Below, piece after piece: positions 1 through 12,550 of a stretch of DNA of 39,921 nucleotides. The stretch covers positions 42,026,425-42,066,345 of the forward strand of contig NC_068995.1 in NCBI RefSeq assembly GCF_001194135.2, given 5' to 3'. The notes beneath the pieces are model-generated. The model had not been told where the DNA came from. It saw only the letters and a program-made list of their open reading frames with translations, and searched no databases. The DNA is from Octopus bimaculoides (taxonomy: Eukaryota). The position numbers and the translations under genes were made by a program. Every line of letters starts with the position of its first letter. Within the stretch, counting starts at the first letter, position 1.

Positions 1-342
1 TATATATATATATATATGTATATATATGTTTGTATATGTGTTTGTATATGTATGTATATATGTTTGTATATGTATTTGTATATGTATGTATATATGTTTG
101 TATATGTATGTATATATGTTTGTATATGTATGTATATGTGTTTGTATATGTATGTATATGTGTTTGTATATGTATGTATATGTGTTTGTATATGTATGTA
201 TATGTGTTTGTATATGTATGTATATGTGTTTGTATATATGTATATATATGTTTGTATATGTATGTATATGTATATATATATATGTATATATATGTTTGTA
301 TATGTATGTATGTGTTTGTATATATATATATATATATATTTG

Positions 343-400
<58 letters not shown>

Positions 401-420
401 GACAGACAGACAAATAACTA
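1..420. repeat. Compound TA/TG minisatellite (about 22-bp unit tatatgtgtttgtatatgtatg) ending in (TA)n and (GACA)n
   Basis: Directly visible tandem units. Confidence 0.9.
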
Positions 421-1689
421 TCTCCGTGTTTGTGTATGTGTCTGTATATGTATTAATGCATGTGCGTATGCTTCTGTTTGTTTGTATGGTTGTGTACATT
501 GTAACAGAAATACGCAGTGATAGGTAAGTCAGCTTCATGTCATCAACAATCCGAGCCAGCGATGCAGTTTTGATTCTCGCGGGAAATACCGGATTGTTTT
601 AGATTTTATTTTTTGTTAATACTATTTTCATTATTTTGTTTGCAACGTATCTGTTGGGTTAGGTTCACTGAACTGTATCACATCAATACAAAAAACTGGC
701 AGTGTTTCATGTGGAAAAAACCAAAATCGATACAAAAGTACTGGAAATACTTATATACAGAGACCCGATTCTTATAGGTATGTGTAGTATGCCACAAGGG
801 TATTAATATAAACATGTGTATGCCTAGAGGTATAGAGCAATAGCTATATGCGTATGCAGTTATGTATGTATGTGTATGTATGCGCTTATGGGTATATATA
901 CATATATATATGCATATATATATATATATATGCACTTATGTGTATATATATGTATGCATGTATATATGTATGTAAGTATGTATGTACGTACTCACGGTGG
1001 TGCATCAGCATGGCCGCAGCTCTGAGCTGAAACTTTGAAATGAAATGAAAAAAATATCGATATACAATGTTTATGATGTATGTATGCATACATGCATGTA
1101 TGTGCATATGTATGTATGCAGACAGGCAGGTATGTATGTATGTATGTATGTATGTATGTATGCAGGCAAGCATGTATGTATGTATGTATGTGTACGGACA
1201 TACGCAAAAATACACGAACATATAATTTCGTGTAGAGTGGTCTCCGGTTTCAACCTGGTCAACGTTCTGACAAGCCTTGTTGGTGAAAACGGTGCATATG
1301 CGTGTGTATGTGCGTGTGTGTGTGTGTGTGAAAGTATGTAGAGAAACGTGATTAAAAATTTCACCGACAAGTGTGGTATTTTGAATGCCTTTGCCCATTC
1401 ACGTTTTGAATTTATTCAATCTATAATATTTCGACTTTCAGCATAACTATTTTTTACTCTGTAAATTCAACCGTTTCCATTTCATAATTGAATGCACTCT
1501 TTCAGTAATTTAATAACTGGATTTGGTTAGAAGAATCCGATAAGACATGATACACACGCATTATTTATTCGTTCTTCCCTTCATGTTTATTATTGTTTGT
1601 ATTTTACGTGCTATGTCTGGAAATCTTTCGTTACACCTCATGTGACCTCTTCAGTAATTCTCCACCCCACGTGTCTTCTCCTGTTCTGT

Positions 1690-1785
1690 TTACGGAGACG
1701 TAAACACACCAAAACTGGTTGTCAAGCGGTGGGAGGGGAGACAAACACAGACACAAATACACGCACACACACACACGCACGCACG

Positions 1786-1842
<57 letters not shown>

Positions 1843-2032
1843 ACACTCATGCACACACATATACATGTACATACACGACGGTCTTCTTTCAGTTTCTGTC
1901 TGTCAAATCCACACACAAGGCTTTGGTTGGGCCGAGATTATAGAAGACACTTGCAGAAAGTGTAATGCAGTGGGAATGAACCCGGAACCATGTGGTTGGG
2001 ATGCAAGCTTCTTGCTACACAGTCACACCTGC
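1690..2032 (-). mobile_element. SINE family A copy (tRNA-like head, CORE-like segment, internal CA repeat), 3'-truncated and diverged
   Basis: Matches the near-complete copy at 16861-17255 (gtcaagcg...tttcagtt...gaagacacttg...aacccggaaccatgtggtt). Confidence 0.8.
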
Positions 2033-3134
2033 GTCATAGTGGAACCTTTTTACACGGCTCTGATGTGACAGGATTTAAAATTACAGAGGATATGCATAAG
2101 AACGTTCTCACAAGTGACCATTTCAAATCATAACAGCATACAACTCCCGCACTCTAAACAAGACTAAGAGCATGCATTTAGAGGTGAAATATCATCCAGT
2201 TTAATCTACTATTCAACTAGAACGTTAAAAGCTCCGTGAAAAACATTATCCTTCATTATTTAACACTCCTCCAAGAAGAAACCTTCACAAATTATGCAAT
2301 AGGAAAATATTTAAACATGTTAACAAGGCTCTCCCGTTATAAGAAAATTCATTTCATTTCGTAATGACAGATTTCGCCAGTGAAATTGAACTCGAACAAA
2401 TCAAAGAGGAGATAACTGTAATTTCCGAAGTATTAACTACACTGATTTTCAAAAATCTGAAATAGAAAGACGTGGCTTATGTCGCAGCTGTTTTGCTTCT
2501 GACTAGTGTTTGGAGCTTGCCCTATTTTTATAGGGGGTTCATGGCTCAAATTAGTATATGTTTTGAATAGGATTTGATTGGAAGCGGATTGCCACATGAC
2601 TGGTCTAAGAAATTTGTGTAGGTTCCCCGCTGCGTCCGTGTGATGATGTTTGGTGTCGTAAGTTAAGGCTGACACGGTTGACGGAAAGTGTCCAAACATA
2701 TTAATAAACACTGGAACCGTCTTCGGATTATCTCGAAGTTTATTTAAAAGACAACACATGGGATCACTATAGATACTTCTGTAAAGAATTTACTACGACG
2801 CTCCCGAAGCACCCGAAGGAAAATTCACAAAAGAAAGTGGATATATAGATGAATCTGTTAACCGAAGCACACAGTATATAAATGGTTCAAAGCAGTAATT
2901 ATAATCTATGTCTGACTGAGAAATACGATATATAAAAATTTCATTAACATCAGTAATGAAGAATAATTAGAGATGATCTACATTTGTCGACACATCATAA
3001 ATATTTTAATATCAATCTTGAGAGCAAGAAAGAAACAGTTAACGTTACATACCACGTGATCCCTTGGTATCAATGATGCTTCAATGACTACAATGATAAT
3101 CTAAATATTGTGGATTGTTAATTTCTTGACTCTT

Positions 3135-3216
<82 letters not shown>

Positions 3217-3690
3217 CGTGTTAGAGTGTTCGCGTGTGAAGGCGAACGAGAAAGAGGGAGAGAAACTGAGAACGCGTGTGTGTGAAACGTCCACTCCCAT
3301 AAAAGAATAGGTAATGATTTCAACCTCTGATGACTGTGTATACGAAAGATGGAGTCGGTGTGAATACATTATACTCCTTGACAGTCAGCACTTCCCTAGT
3401 CATGTGACCTTCAGCATAATGTATCTCCGCTTCTTTCCATTTTCTACGCTACCGATATATACGCCTGTGTTGGTGCAAGTGTGTATATGTACCGTAATTT
3501 CTATTTGTATTTGTGTATGTCTGAGTGAGTTGGAGTGTGTATATACATACATACTCACACACACATACATACATACATATATACAAATATACATATGTAC
3601 ACACATACATACATACATACATACATATATACAAATATACATATGTACACACATACATACATACATATATACACATATATATGTACATTA

Positions 3691-3726
<36 letters not shown>

Positions 3727-3841
3727 TGTATCTATGTATGTGTCAATTATTGTATCATTTTGCATGTTTCATGTTTTGGGCTGTGTAGTCATAAGTTATT
3801 TTCGAACGTAAATATTATATATATGTATATACATATGTATG

Positions 3842-3873
<32 letters not shown>

Positions 3874-4106
3874 CGCGCATATGTATATACGCACATTTAT
3901 ATACTGATGTATGTGTAGTATGATAGCAACTGTACATTTGACTGCCAATTAAAAGCTCCTGTCTTGAATGACAAAGAATTAACAAGAGACTCGAAGACTT
4001 CAAGACAGATACTTCAAACCTCCGCCCTTACCTCCTCTCTTCCTCTTCGTTCCTTAACTGAGTACACAGTGATTTGATATTATACATCGATTCCATTATA
4101 CTCTGT

Positions 4107-4164
<58 letters not shown>

Positions 4165-4284
4165 ATGAATGTATCGGAATAATATATATTGATATGGGCA
4201 TATATGTATGCATATAGTTATCAAATTATTTGTCTTAGAATGCTCAAATATTTCTTTTGATTCTCTGTCGCTCTCTCTCTCGCT

Positions 4285-4414
<130 letters not shown>

Positions 4415-4679
4415 TATATATATATGCATATATATGTATGTGTATATATATACATATGTATATATATATACATATATATACATATGTATTTATACATATA
4501 TATACGTGTATATATATATATATATACATGAATGTATGTACTTGTGTGTATGTGTGCTTATGTAAATATATGTATATATTTATGTATGGTGTCTAGTTTA
4601 CTATATATTTGATAATGAACTTACGTGACGTTTCACATGTATAATGTACGCATGTTGAAGCACTATGTTTATATGTATA

Positions 4680-4722
<43 letters not shown>

Positions 4723-5171
4723 GTATATGTGTATATGTATATACTTATATATTTGTGTGGGAATGATGTGTATAAAGTGACGATTTATTCTTTTTTTCTA
4801 ATCTTTTCCCAAAATACATTAATTCATTGTGATATATTGGATTTAATCTAATTAGCCTAATCTATCATATATCTGTTATTTAATCACATACCCACACGCG
4901 CGCACATACACAAGTGCGCACATGACACACTCACAAACGCATACATATATATACATACACATGCACCCTCTTTTTCCACATCTCTTTCTCACTGACTCTT
5001 AACACGTACACTCACACGCACGAACGCACATACACACTTAAATACAATCTATTTTATCCATTTTGTTTTACTCCTTCAAGTACAATAACAAAGTTCCAGA
5101 TATACAAATACGCACACATTGTCTGCCTCTCTCTCTCCCTCTTTTATCTAGTACACACACACACACACACA

Positions 5172-5210
<39 letters not shown>

Positions 5211-5212
5211 CT

Positions 5213-5549
5213 ATTATTTGTTTTAGTCACTTGACTGCAACCATGCTTATGCATGATCTAGTACTCATTCTATCGATATCTTTTACCGACACGCTAGGTT
5301 ACGGGGACGTAAACACACCAAATCGGTTGTGAAGCGATGGTGGGGTCACAAACACACAAATATATATATATATATATATATGTGTATTTATACGACAGGC
5401 TTCTTTCAGTTTCCGTCTATCTAAATCCAGTCACAAGGTTTGGTCTGCCTGAGGCTATAGTAGAAGACACTTGCCCAAGGTGATATAAAGTGGGACTGAA
5501 CCCGAAACCATGTGGTTGGGAAGCAAGCTTCTTACCACACAACCCATCC

Positions 5550-5552
<3 letters not shown>
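5213..5552 (-). mobile_element. SINE family A copy
   Basis: Head, body and part of the tail match the other copies; internal (TA)n. Confidence 0.85.
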
Positions 5553-5616
<64 letters not shown>

Positions 5617-5619
<3 letters not shown>

Positions 5620-5795
5620 TAGGAGTGGCTGTGTGGTAAGTAGCTTGCTTACGATCCACATGGTTCCGGTTTCAGTCCCACTGCGTGGCACCTTGGTTAA
5701 GTGTCTTCTACTATAGCCTCGGGCCGACCAAAGCCTTGCGAGTGGATTTCGTAGACGGAAACTGAAAGAAGCCCGTCGTATATATGTGTACATAT

Positions 5796-5831
<36 letters not shown>

Positions 5832-5925
5832 TCCTCCCAACATCGCTTGACAACCGATGCTGGTGTGTTTACGTCCCCGTAACTTAGCGGTTCGGCAAAA
5901 GAGACCGATAGAATAAGTACTAGGC
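5617..5925 (+). mobile_element. SINE family A copy, 3'-truncated
   Basis: Begins GGAGTGGCTGTGTGGTAAG (A-box-like TGGCTGTGTGG) with B-box-like GTTTCAGTCCC, then CACCTTGGTTAAGTGTCTT, an internal (TG)n and the tail to GAATAAGTACTAGGC. Confidence 0.88.
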
Positions 5926-6328
5926 ATATATACATCATAGTTTACGCACTGCTTCTAATATCGAAGTTTAAAAGAATTTCAGTAAACTGGCGATCACTGT
6001 ACAACAAATAGCTAAGCAACAAAAGATTTAAAGAATGCGAATAAGACCATTAAAAAATAGAATTAAGTGAGCGAGTCCCTTTATTACATCAATTTACAAT
6101 TGTTTCATCTTAGATCGATCACATAAATATTGCTATATTATGCAATAATGAATGCCGCTTGATTGATGAGTCGTCATTGACATGTATCAAAATTCAAATT
6201 TTCAGAAGTGTGTATAAATAGACTTACTTTCTCCATTCTACTTGTATATAATTGTAAAATCCCTTCGGATATTTGTGGATTATCAGGCATGTGTTTGACA
6301 AAACAAACAATCTCCGCTAAACTCTGGT

Positions 6329-6387
6329 TGAAATTATATCATCAATGTGAAATTATATCATCAACGACTGAAATTATATTATCAACG
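6329..6387. repeat. Three tandem 19-21-bp units TGAAATTATAT(C/T)ATCAA(T/C)G
   Basis: Units at 6329-6347, 6348-6368 and 6369-6387. Confidence 0.75.
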
Positions 6388-7147
6388 TGAGGTATATATT
6401 GTATAAAATAAGGCTTAATTAACAAAACGTTTGTAAATATGCCTGAAGAGCCAACATTTGCCAGTATTGCGGAAATAGAGGTGTAGCGATGTACTATTTT
6501 ATATATTATATAATATTTCAACTATGGTCTTCCGGTAAAGTGGTTATGAAACAGTTGTTGTATTATGCAGTATGACGTGTTACTTACCCCATTTTCTTTC
6601 TTAACACTTATATAAATTCTGCGGACATTTACTGATTTGGGGATTTATCTTCAATAATGCGATCGATTTTAGGTGTAAAATCGTGTCTGATAGCCGATAA
6701 GCGTAGATGGGTTTTTCTAAAGCAAAGGATATTTTTAATACACAACCTGAATTGATACATAACATTACATATATTTCAATTTTATATGTACGGTCTTCCT
6801 CTTTTTAATAAATTGCTAAAGAAACAAAAATACCGCCAACCATTGCTCTTTGGTCTGCTTGATCAGAGATAAGCTGACCAAACAAAGGGATTAAAGATTT
6901 TCGTCTATGATTTACAAGCAGGTTATGGAGAGCTATGATGAAAGCAGAAAGGTAGTCCCGGTCTTCATCATAGGTCTCTGCCAATAGGAGTCATGGCAGT
7001 TACTATATACGTTTTGAAGATCGGTTGTTTGCGTTTTCGGTAATAGTTTCGCTGCTGATAACACGATGAAAGCTTAGAATACAGAGAGATGCATGCATAA
7101 CATGCATGCATATACATGCATAACACACAAACTATACCTACATGTAT

Positions 7148-7305
7148 AGGTGCAGGCATGGTTGTATGGTGAGAAGATTGCTTCCAATCCATTTGATTCT
7201 GGGTTCAGTCCCACTGCATGGCACATTACGCAAGTATCTTCTATAGCTTTACGCAGACCAAATACTTGTGAGTACATTTGGTAGGCAGAATGAAAGAAGC
7301 CTGTC

Positions 7306-7310
<5 letters not shown>
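7148..7310 (+). mobile_element. SINE family A, diverged 5' half
   Basis: GGGTTCAGTCCCACTGCATGGCAC...GAAAGAAGCCTGTCGTATATA. Confidence 0.75.
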
Positions 7311-7341
<31 letters not shown>

Positions 7342-7624
7342 TGTTAGGATGATGACAATGGTATACTATGTTATATATATGAGTATGTATACAATTGTCA
7401 TCATGCTATATATATATATATATATATANNNNNNNNNNNNNNNNNNNNNNNNNNNNNNNNNNNNNNNNNNNNNNNNNNNNNNNNNNNNNNNNNNNNNNNN
7501 NNNNNNNNNNNNNNNNNNNNNNNNNNNNTAGATATATATATACATACATATATATATATAGATATATATATACATACACACACATATACATATATATATA
7601 TATGCATAAATTTGTGTGCGCGTG

Positions 7625-7661
<37 letters not shown>

Positions 7662-8012
7662 CTAAGCCCACTCACGTACTGTAAATATGTAACATATATG
7701 TGCATGTATATTATATCTTTCTACTATGCAGTAGTCATTTCAGTCCATTTTCTTAATATGTTTCTTGAAGGAGAGATTTGGTAAACCAGCATCGGTCCTC
7801 AACAGAACGACTAATTAGAAAAGTACGGCCTTCTAATGAGTACCAAGACTTATTGGCTAAACTCTCAACCCTAAATATTAAACTGATTGGTAAAATCTGC
7901 TGAAATCTCATGATACTATTTGTGTTATATAAAGAATATAATTTATATACCCATTATGTTGTCAACTATACGACAATATCCTTAACCACTTAGACAGCTA
8001 TGTGCATACATG

Positions 8013-8042
<30 letters not shown>

Positions 8043-8046
<4 letters not shown>

Positions 8047-8280
8047 CTTTATTTAAAAGCAGCAGAAATATAACAAAAGACTGTTACTCGGAGTTTCACG
8101 TTCCCGTTCATCGGACAGTTTTGTTAGATGAAAACATATTGTTAGATGAACGGGAACGTGAAACTCCGAGTAACAGTCTTTTGTTATATTTCTGCTGCTT
8201 TTAAATAAAGCATATTACTCTACCTCTGGTATTTGAGTACTCTTTTTTCCAGCCTTGTTGCACATTTATGTGCTTACTCC

Positions 8281-8282
<2 letters not shown>
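8043..8282. mobile_element. Fold-back element, Penelope-like pseudo-LTR remnant candidate, with perfect 66-bp inverted arms
   Basis: 8047-8112 and 8145-8210 are exact reverse complements around a 32-nt loop, followed by an unpaired extension to about 8282. Both sides are flanked by (TA)n. The minus-strand arm contains a hammerhead-like motif. Confidence 0.7.
8080..8119 (-). ncRNA. Minimal type-I hammerhead ribozyme-like motif
   Basis: Minus strand reads ACUGU-CCGAUGA-ACG(GGAA)CGU-GAAAC-UCCGA-GUA^ACAGU. Stems I and II pair, helix III is near-palindromic (ACUC-C-GAGU), and the core has a U4C change. Confidence 0.6.
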
Positions 8283-8316
<34 letters not shown>

Positions 8317-8482
8317 TATTTCTATCGAAAGGGTTTTAAAACGTAATGTATACATGCTGTTATTTTAGCTTATCAACTTCGAGTTCCACGAATATGCATG
8401 TATGTGTATATGTATTCGTCATATGGTAAGATAATGACTGTGTGTGTCTGTGTGTGTGTTTGTGTACATATGTGTGTGTGTG

Positions 8483-8516
<34 letters not shown>

Positions 8517-8682
8517 AATAATTATGTGTGTGTAAAATGTGTTAAGATTGTGGGGTAAATGTCCTAGTCGGTTTGGTTGGTCCCAGTCAACAGCACAACT
8601 CCAACTCCACCTTCACCATGTTGGATGTCGGGCAGTTGTAGTAACAGCGAGCCGAAAGACGAAGGACAATTACCGTTAGCTT

Positions 8683-8751
8683 TTATCTCTGCTCTTCAAT
8701 ATACACAACCGTATCACCATCATCATCATCATCTGCTAGAAAGTTGCTCAC
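8683..8751 (-). CDS. Possible read-through C-terminus of Islet (VSNFLADDDDDGDTVVYIEEQR*) if the 8751 donor is not used
   Basis: The frame stays open from 8751 to TAA at 8685-8683. VSNF loosely echoes vertebrate VNFS. There is no transcript evidence. Confidence 0.3.
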   Translation of the reverse strand: MSNFLADDDDDGDTVVYIEEQR

Positions 8752-8931
8752 CAGTTGTTGGAAAGGTGGATGGTCAAGGTCGTTTTGAAGCGTGAATTCC
8801 GTGAGGGCCTTCCACGCCGGCTGGTAACTCTGCACTTCCACTGGGTTTGCTTGCATTGGACTCTCGTGACGAACAGGACTCGACGCAACCATGGGTACTC
8901 CCTGTAGCGGACCTTGTAGACGGTTACCGTT
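8752..8931 (-). CDS. isl: Islet LIM-homeobox gene, exon encoding the C-terminal LIM(Lhx3/4)-binding domain
   Basis: Encodes [60 protein letters not shown], recognisably matching ISL1 [47 protein letters not shown]. Acceptor is atctttctccAG (8933-8932); putative donor is CTG|GTGAGC at 8751. Length 180 nt, phase 0/0. Confidence 0.93.
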
Positions 8932-9374
8932 CTGGAGAAAGATCAACAAAATGGAAAAACAAAAAAAGATAAGATGTAGAATTTTAACGAAAGAGATGGG
9001 ATATAGTTGTTTTATACGAACATGTATTCATGTGGAGAGCATAGATCCATGCATACAAGCATTCACATCTTTAGAGCTACACATACATGACATTATATTT
9101 CACATGTGTGTGTAACATTAAGTTGAACGAAAGTTCGAAGTTTCGCCTCTTGACAGCAAAAATAATGTACATACATACATACAGGCACAACACACATATA
9201 TAGGTATTGTGAGACAAAGAGGGGGAGAAAAAGAAATGGGAAAACAGATAGACATATACGTGGAGACATACTCATAAACAAGTAACTATGAGGGTATATA
9301 TGTACACACACGAACATGTATGTATATATCTATCTATATGTATGTATATTCATATATAAACACAACCAGACTCG

Positions 9375-9528
<154 letters not shown>

Positions 9529-10111
9529 GGAACACATACACAAATCATGGGTTACCGGCGCCGGGTACATTAGCAAGTTTACTTAACTTTCCTCCTCTCC
9601 TCCTGTCCTCACACCCCATCACATTCCCTCTCTCTCTCTCTCTCTCTGTTTCTTATATTTTTCTTCTTTTTATCCTTTCCTATCGCTCAGTCTGCCTTTA
9701 TTCCCCCACCCTACTATCACTACCCTAACTTTGCTCTGTTCTTTCCCTCTCCTCTCTTCTCCCCTCACCTACCACGGTCAACAAACTATTATGACAATCA
9801 CCATCCACATGTCCTCCCCTCCTCCATTTTACCTGGGTTTCTACACATACACGCAAACACGCATACACATATATACATTCACACATATATACAAACGTGT
9901 ATACATAAGAAAAAATCTACGCTGAACTACTGAGAAATTTAAAGTAATTCTACCTAGATTACAAGTTCAGGTTTATACCCGTAATTATTGGGACACTGAG
10001 ATAAGTAACACACTGCCTAAGTACGAATCTTGAGAAATTAGGCTTCTCAAAACTAGAAAGGAGAAAGCTGATTCGAAGACTACAGATTCAAGCCATCACT
10101 GGAACTATAAA

Positions 10112-10376
10112 AATCTGTAAAACTTTTCAGAAGTTTATCATTTAAGTATACATGCGCATGTCTAGACATGCAACTAGATGCATGAGAATACATACATAAA
10201 ACAAAATATGCAAATCTGCACATGAACTGACCCCAAATAATGCACATATACACACGTACATACTCTGTTGATGGTGTTGAAATTCCAGTGAAAGAGCCTT
10301 GGATCTAGGTTAGAAACCAACTCTTTTTCTACTTGCAATAAGTCTTGAAATAAAACTGAACAATGACATACATACA
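10112..10376. repeat. Dispersed repeat family C, copy 1
   Basis: Colinear with 18862-19109 (cagaagtttatcattt...gcatgagaatacatacat...gttgaaattcca...ccttggatctaggttagaaacc...gaaataaaact.aacaat.acatacatac). Confidence 0.8.
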
Positions 10377-12392
10377 TATATACATACATGCATGTCATGT
10401 CCAGTAAATCAATCAGGATTTTTCATATAAAACTATTTGAATGACTATTTTATTTAGGAAACACTTTGAGAGGTTTTTTTTCTCGTGGTGACCTATCAAT
10501 ATTTTAAAATTTTGCGACCCGCCCCACCCCCCAAAAAGCCGGACAAATTAGCATCGTCTTTTGAGCGTCGGAAAGAATATAGCCTGGGATTTGTTCCGTC
10601 TCACTGCAAACTATGTAGAAATTCTGTCAAGATCATTGTCTTTCATCTTTTCGTGGGTTTCATAAAACACAATAACCTGTGAAGGGTAGTAGATAGGCTG
10701 AACTGAGTACCGGACAGGAAACCTTGATTTATCTAGTCCGGCTCTGTGCTTACATAGTTCAAGCTTTGTCACCTGTCACCATAGCATCTGCTCCTCAAAC
10801 AGAACCCAATGATAGATTTGTGTGTGTGTGTGTGTGTGTGTGTGCGCGTGCGAAAGGTCATGGAAATCTTTGTCCTGTGCCCAAGAATTTTCTGCTTCTC
10901 GTTCCCAATGGCATCGCATCAGCTAGTAACAGGGACATCAAAGCCCTGTGCTCTCTCTCATCCTATCTTTCTCTCATCATCTTCCTCTTATGCATCATAT
11001 GACACTCAAGAAATACACCCTGATCAGTTGCTGATCCTTCAAGTCCGCGCGCGCGCGTGTTTATCCTTGTGCATGTATACATGTGTTTCTGTCTATGTGC
11101 GTGTGTGTGTGCATGTGTTTATGAGCAAGCAGAAATGTATATGTGAGTTCTGTTTTTCAGATGGTGCATACGTACATTCACACATTTATTATACTAATAT
11201 ACGTAAATGTACGTGTTTATACATCTGGTAAGAGAGAGAGAGAGAGAGAGAGAAATAATGGTTGACAAACCACGTTGAAAATATAAACACGTGACATAAA
11301 CAAAACAAAAATGTAAAGAGTTCAGGAAAAAAATAAAAACGTTTACAGCGTAACTTAATATATCCTTAACTGCCCACCCGGAATTTTGTTATACCCCTTC
11401 ACACACCCACAAAAACTCACCACCCTTATCTTTGTCATACCCACTCCCTCGTCACCTTCACCATCACGAAAACCCGTACCTCAGTAGTCATATAATCCCT
11501 CAAATCATACGTGGGCCTTGAAAGCGAACAGGACGATATTATCTAGTAATGTAGTCTGCATGTAATGTAACTGGGAAAATGGACGGGATGGTCATAACTG
11601 GAATGGATTTGATCGTAAGTTTGTACGATCCCACTTGAACTGCGGGTAGACAACAACACGCGCACGCAAGGGTAAGGGTTGAGCACGCTCGTACAAGGAA
11701 GAAATAGTAGTAGTAGTAGTAGTAGTAGAAAAAGTAGTACCAGTAGTAGAAGTAATAGAAGTGAGAATGCATATATAAACTGATATACACAAGTGCAAAT
11801 ACGTACACATACATACATACGTACACACACATCTAGATCGAAGAACGAAACCACACATTTACGGAAAGGTACGTGAACACAGAAGAAAACACACACATAC
11901 ATACATGTATGTAGATATACTAATACACACATACACGCATACACACACATTCATATATATATATACACAAAAATAAAGCTTAAACAAGCACAAACAGACA
12001 CGCATATAAGCGTATATACACATAAAACCACACACACACACACACACATACTCCTATATACACACACTGTCCCTCTTCAACAGTTATCCAACCAGCCTCG
12101 GTCCGTTAACTGGTTGTGGTGTTGTTATTATATTTTGTTGTTGCTGTTGTTGTTGTCGTTTTCCTTCTTTTATTTACCTTGTTTACAGGTTTAATAAACA
12201 GTGTCAAGTCTATCACATCCATTCCACCCCAGCCCACCCCCACCAACCAATCCATTAATCCCCTCTTCCCCACACCCTTACTCGTCTTCATCATCACCCT
12301 TCTTTGCTTTCTGTCTTATTCATTCATTTATTCACACACACTCATAGTCACACTCACACACAGTTCTTAACACAGACTAATGTTAGCATACA

Positions 12393-12483
12393 TACTTTGG
12401 ACAAGCGTGTGCTTCTATAGCCCCGTCCGAGTAAAAAAGCTTGAGCAGAATACGGTAGATGGAAACTAAAATAGATCCGTCGT
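12393..12483 (+). mobile_element. SINE family A, degraded body fragment
   Basis: actttggacaagcgtgtgcttctatagcccc...ggtagatggaaactaaaatagatccgtcgt aligns by eye to the family body. Confidence 0.55.
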
Positions 12484-12499
12484 GCGCACGGATATGAAT

Positions 12500-12547
<48 letters not shown>

Positions 12548-12550
<3 letters not shown>

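Noticed and set aside
2433-2759. 108-aa minus-strand ORF as a possible last Islet exon
   Set aside because: No similarity to Islet C-termini and no convincing phase-0 acceptor.
3325-3362. CTGATGA...GAAA...GTC on the plus strand
   Set aside because: No helix II or helix III pairing.
4820-4870. Clustered TAAT/CTAATTAG homeodomain sites suggesting autoregulation
   Set aside because: Expected by chance in very AT-rich DNA.
5617-5690. tRNA-like sequence with A/B boxes
   Set aside because: It is a SINE head that continues into the SINE body and has no full cloverleaf, so it is not called a tRNA gene.
6440-6490. CTGAAGA...GGAAA...GTA hammerhead-like spacing on the plus strand
   Set aside because: Helix II and III pairing is poor and helix I is only 3 bp, consistent with chance.
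8560-8686. Minus-strand QLPDIQHGE resembling ISL1 terminal QLPDTPNS
   Set aside because: Only four residues match. The only in-frame acceptor is a GAG without a pyrimidine tract, making an implausibly short intron, and the flanking residues do not align.
8577-8795. Plus-strand 72-aa ORF with a His run
   Set aside because: It is the antisense shadow of the Islet exon end plus a (CAT)n repeat.
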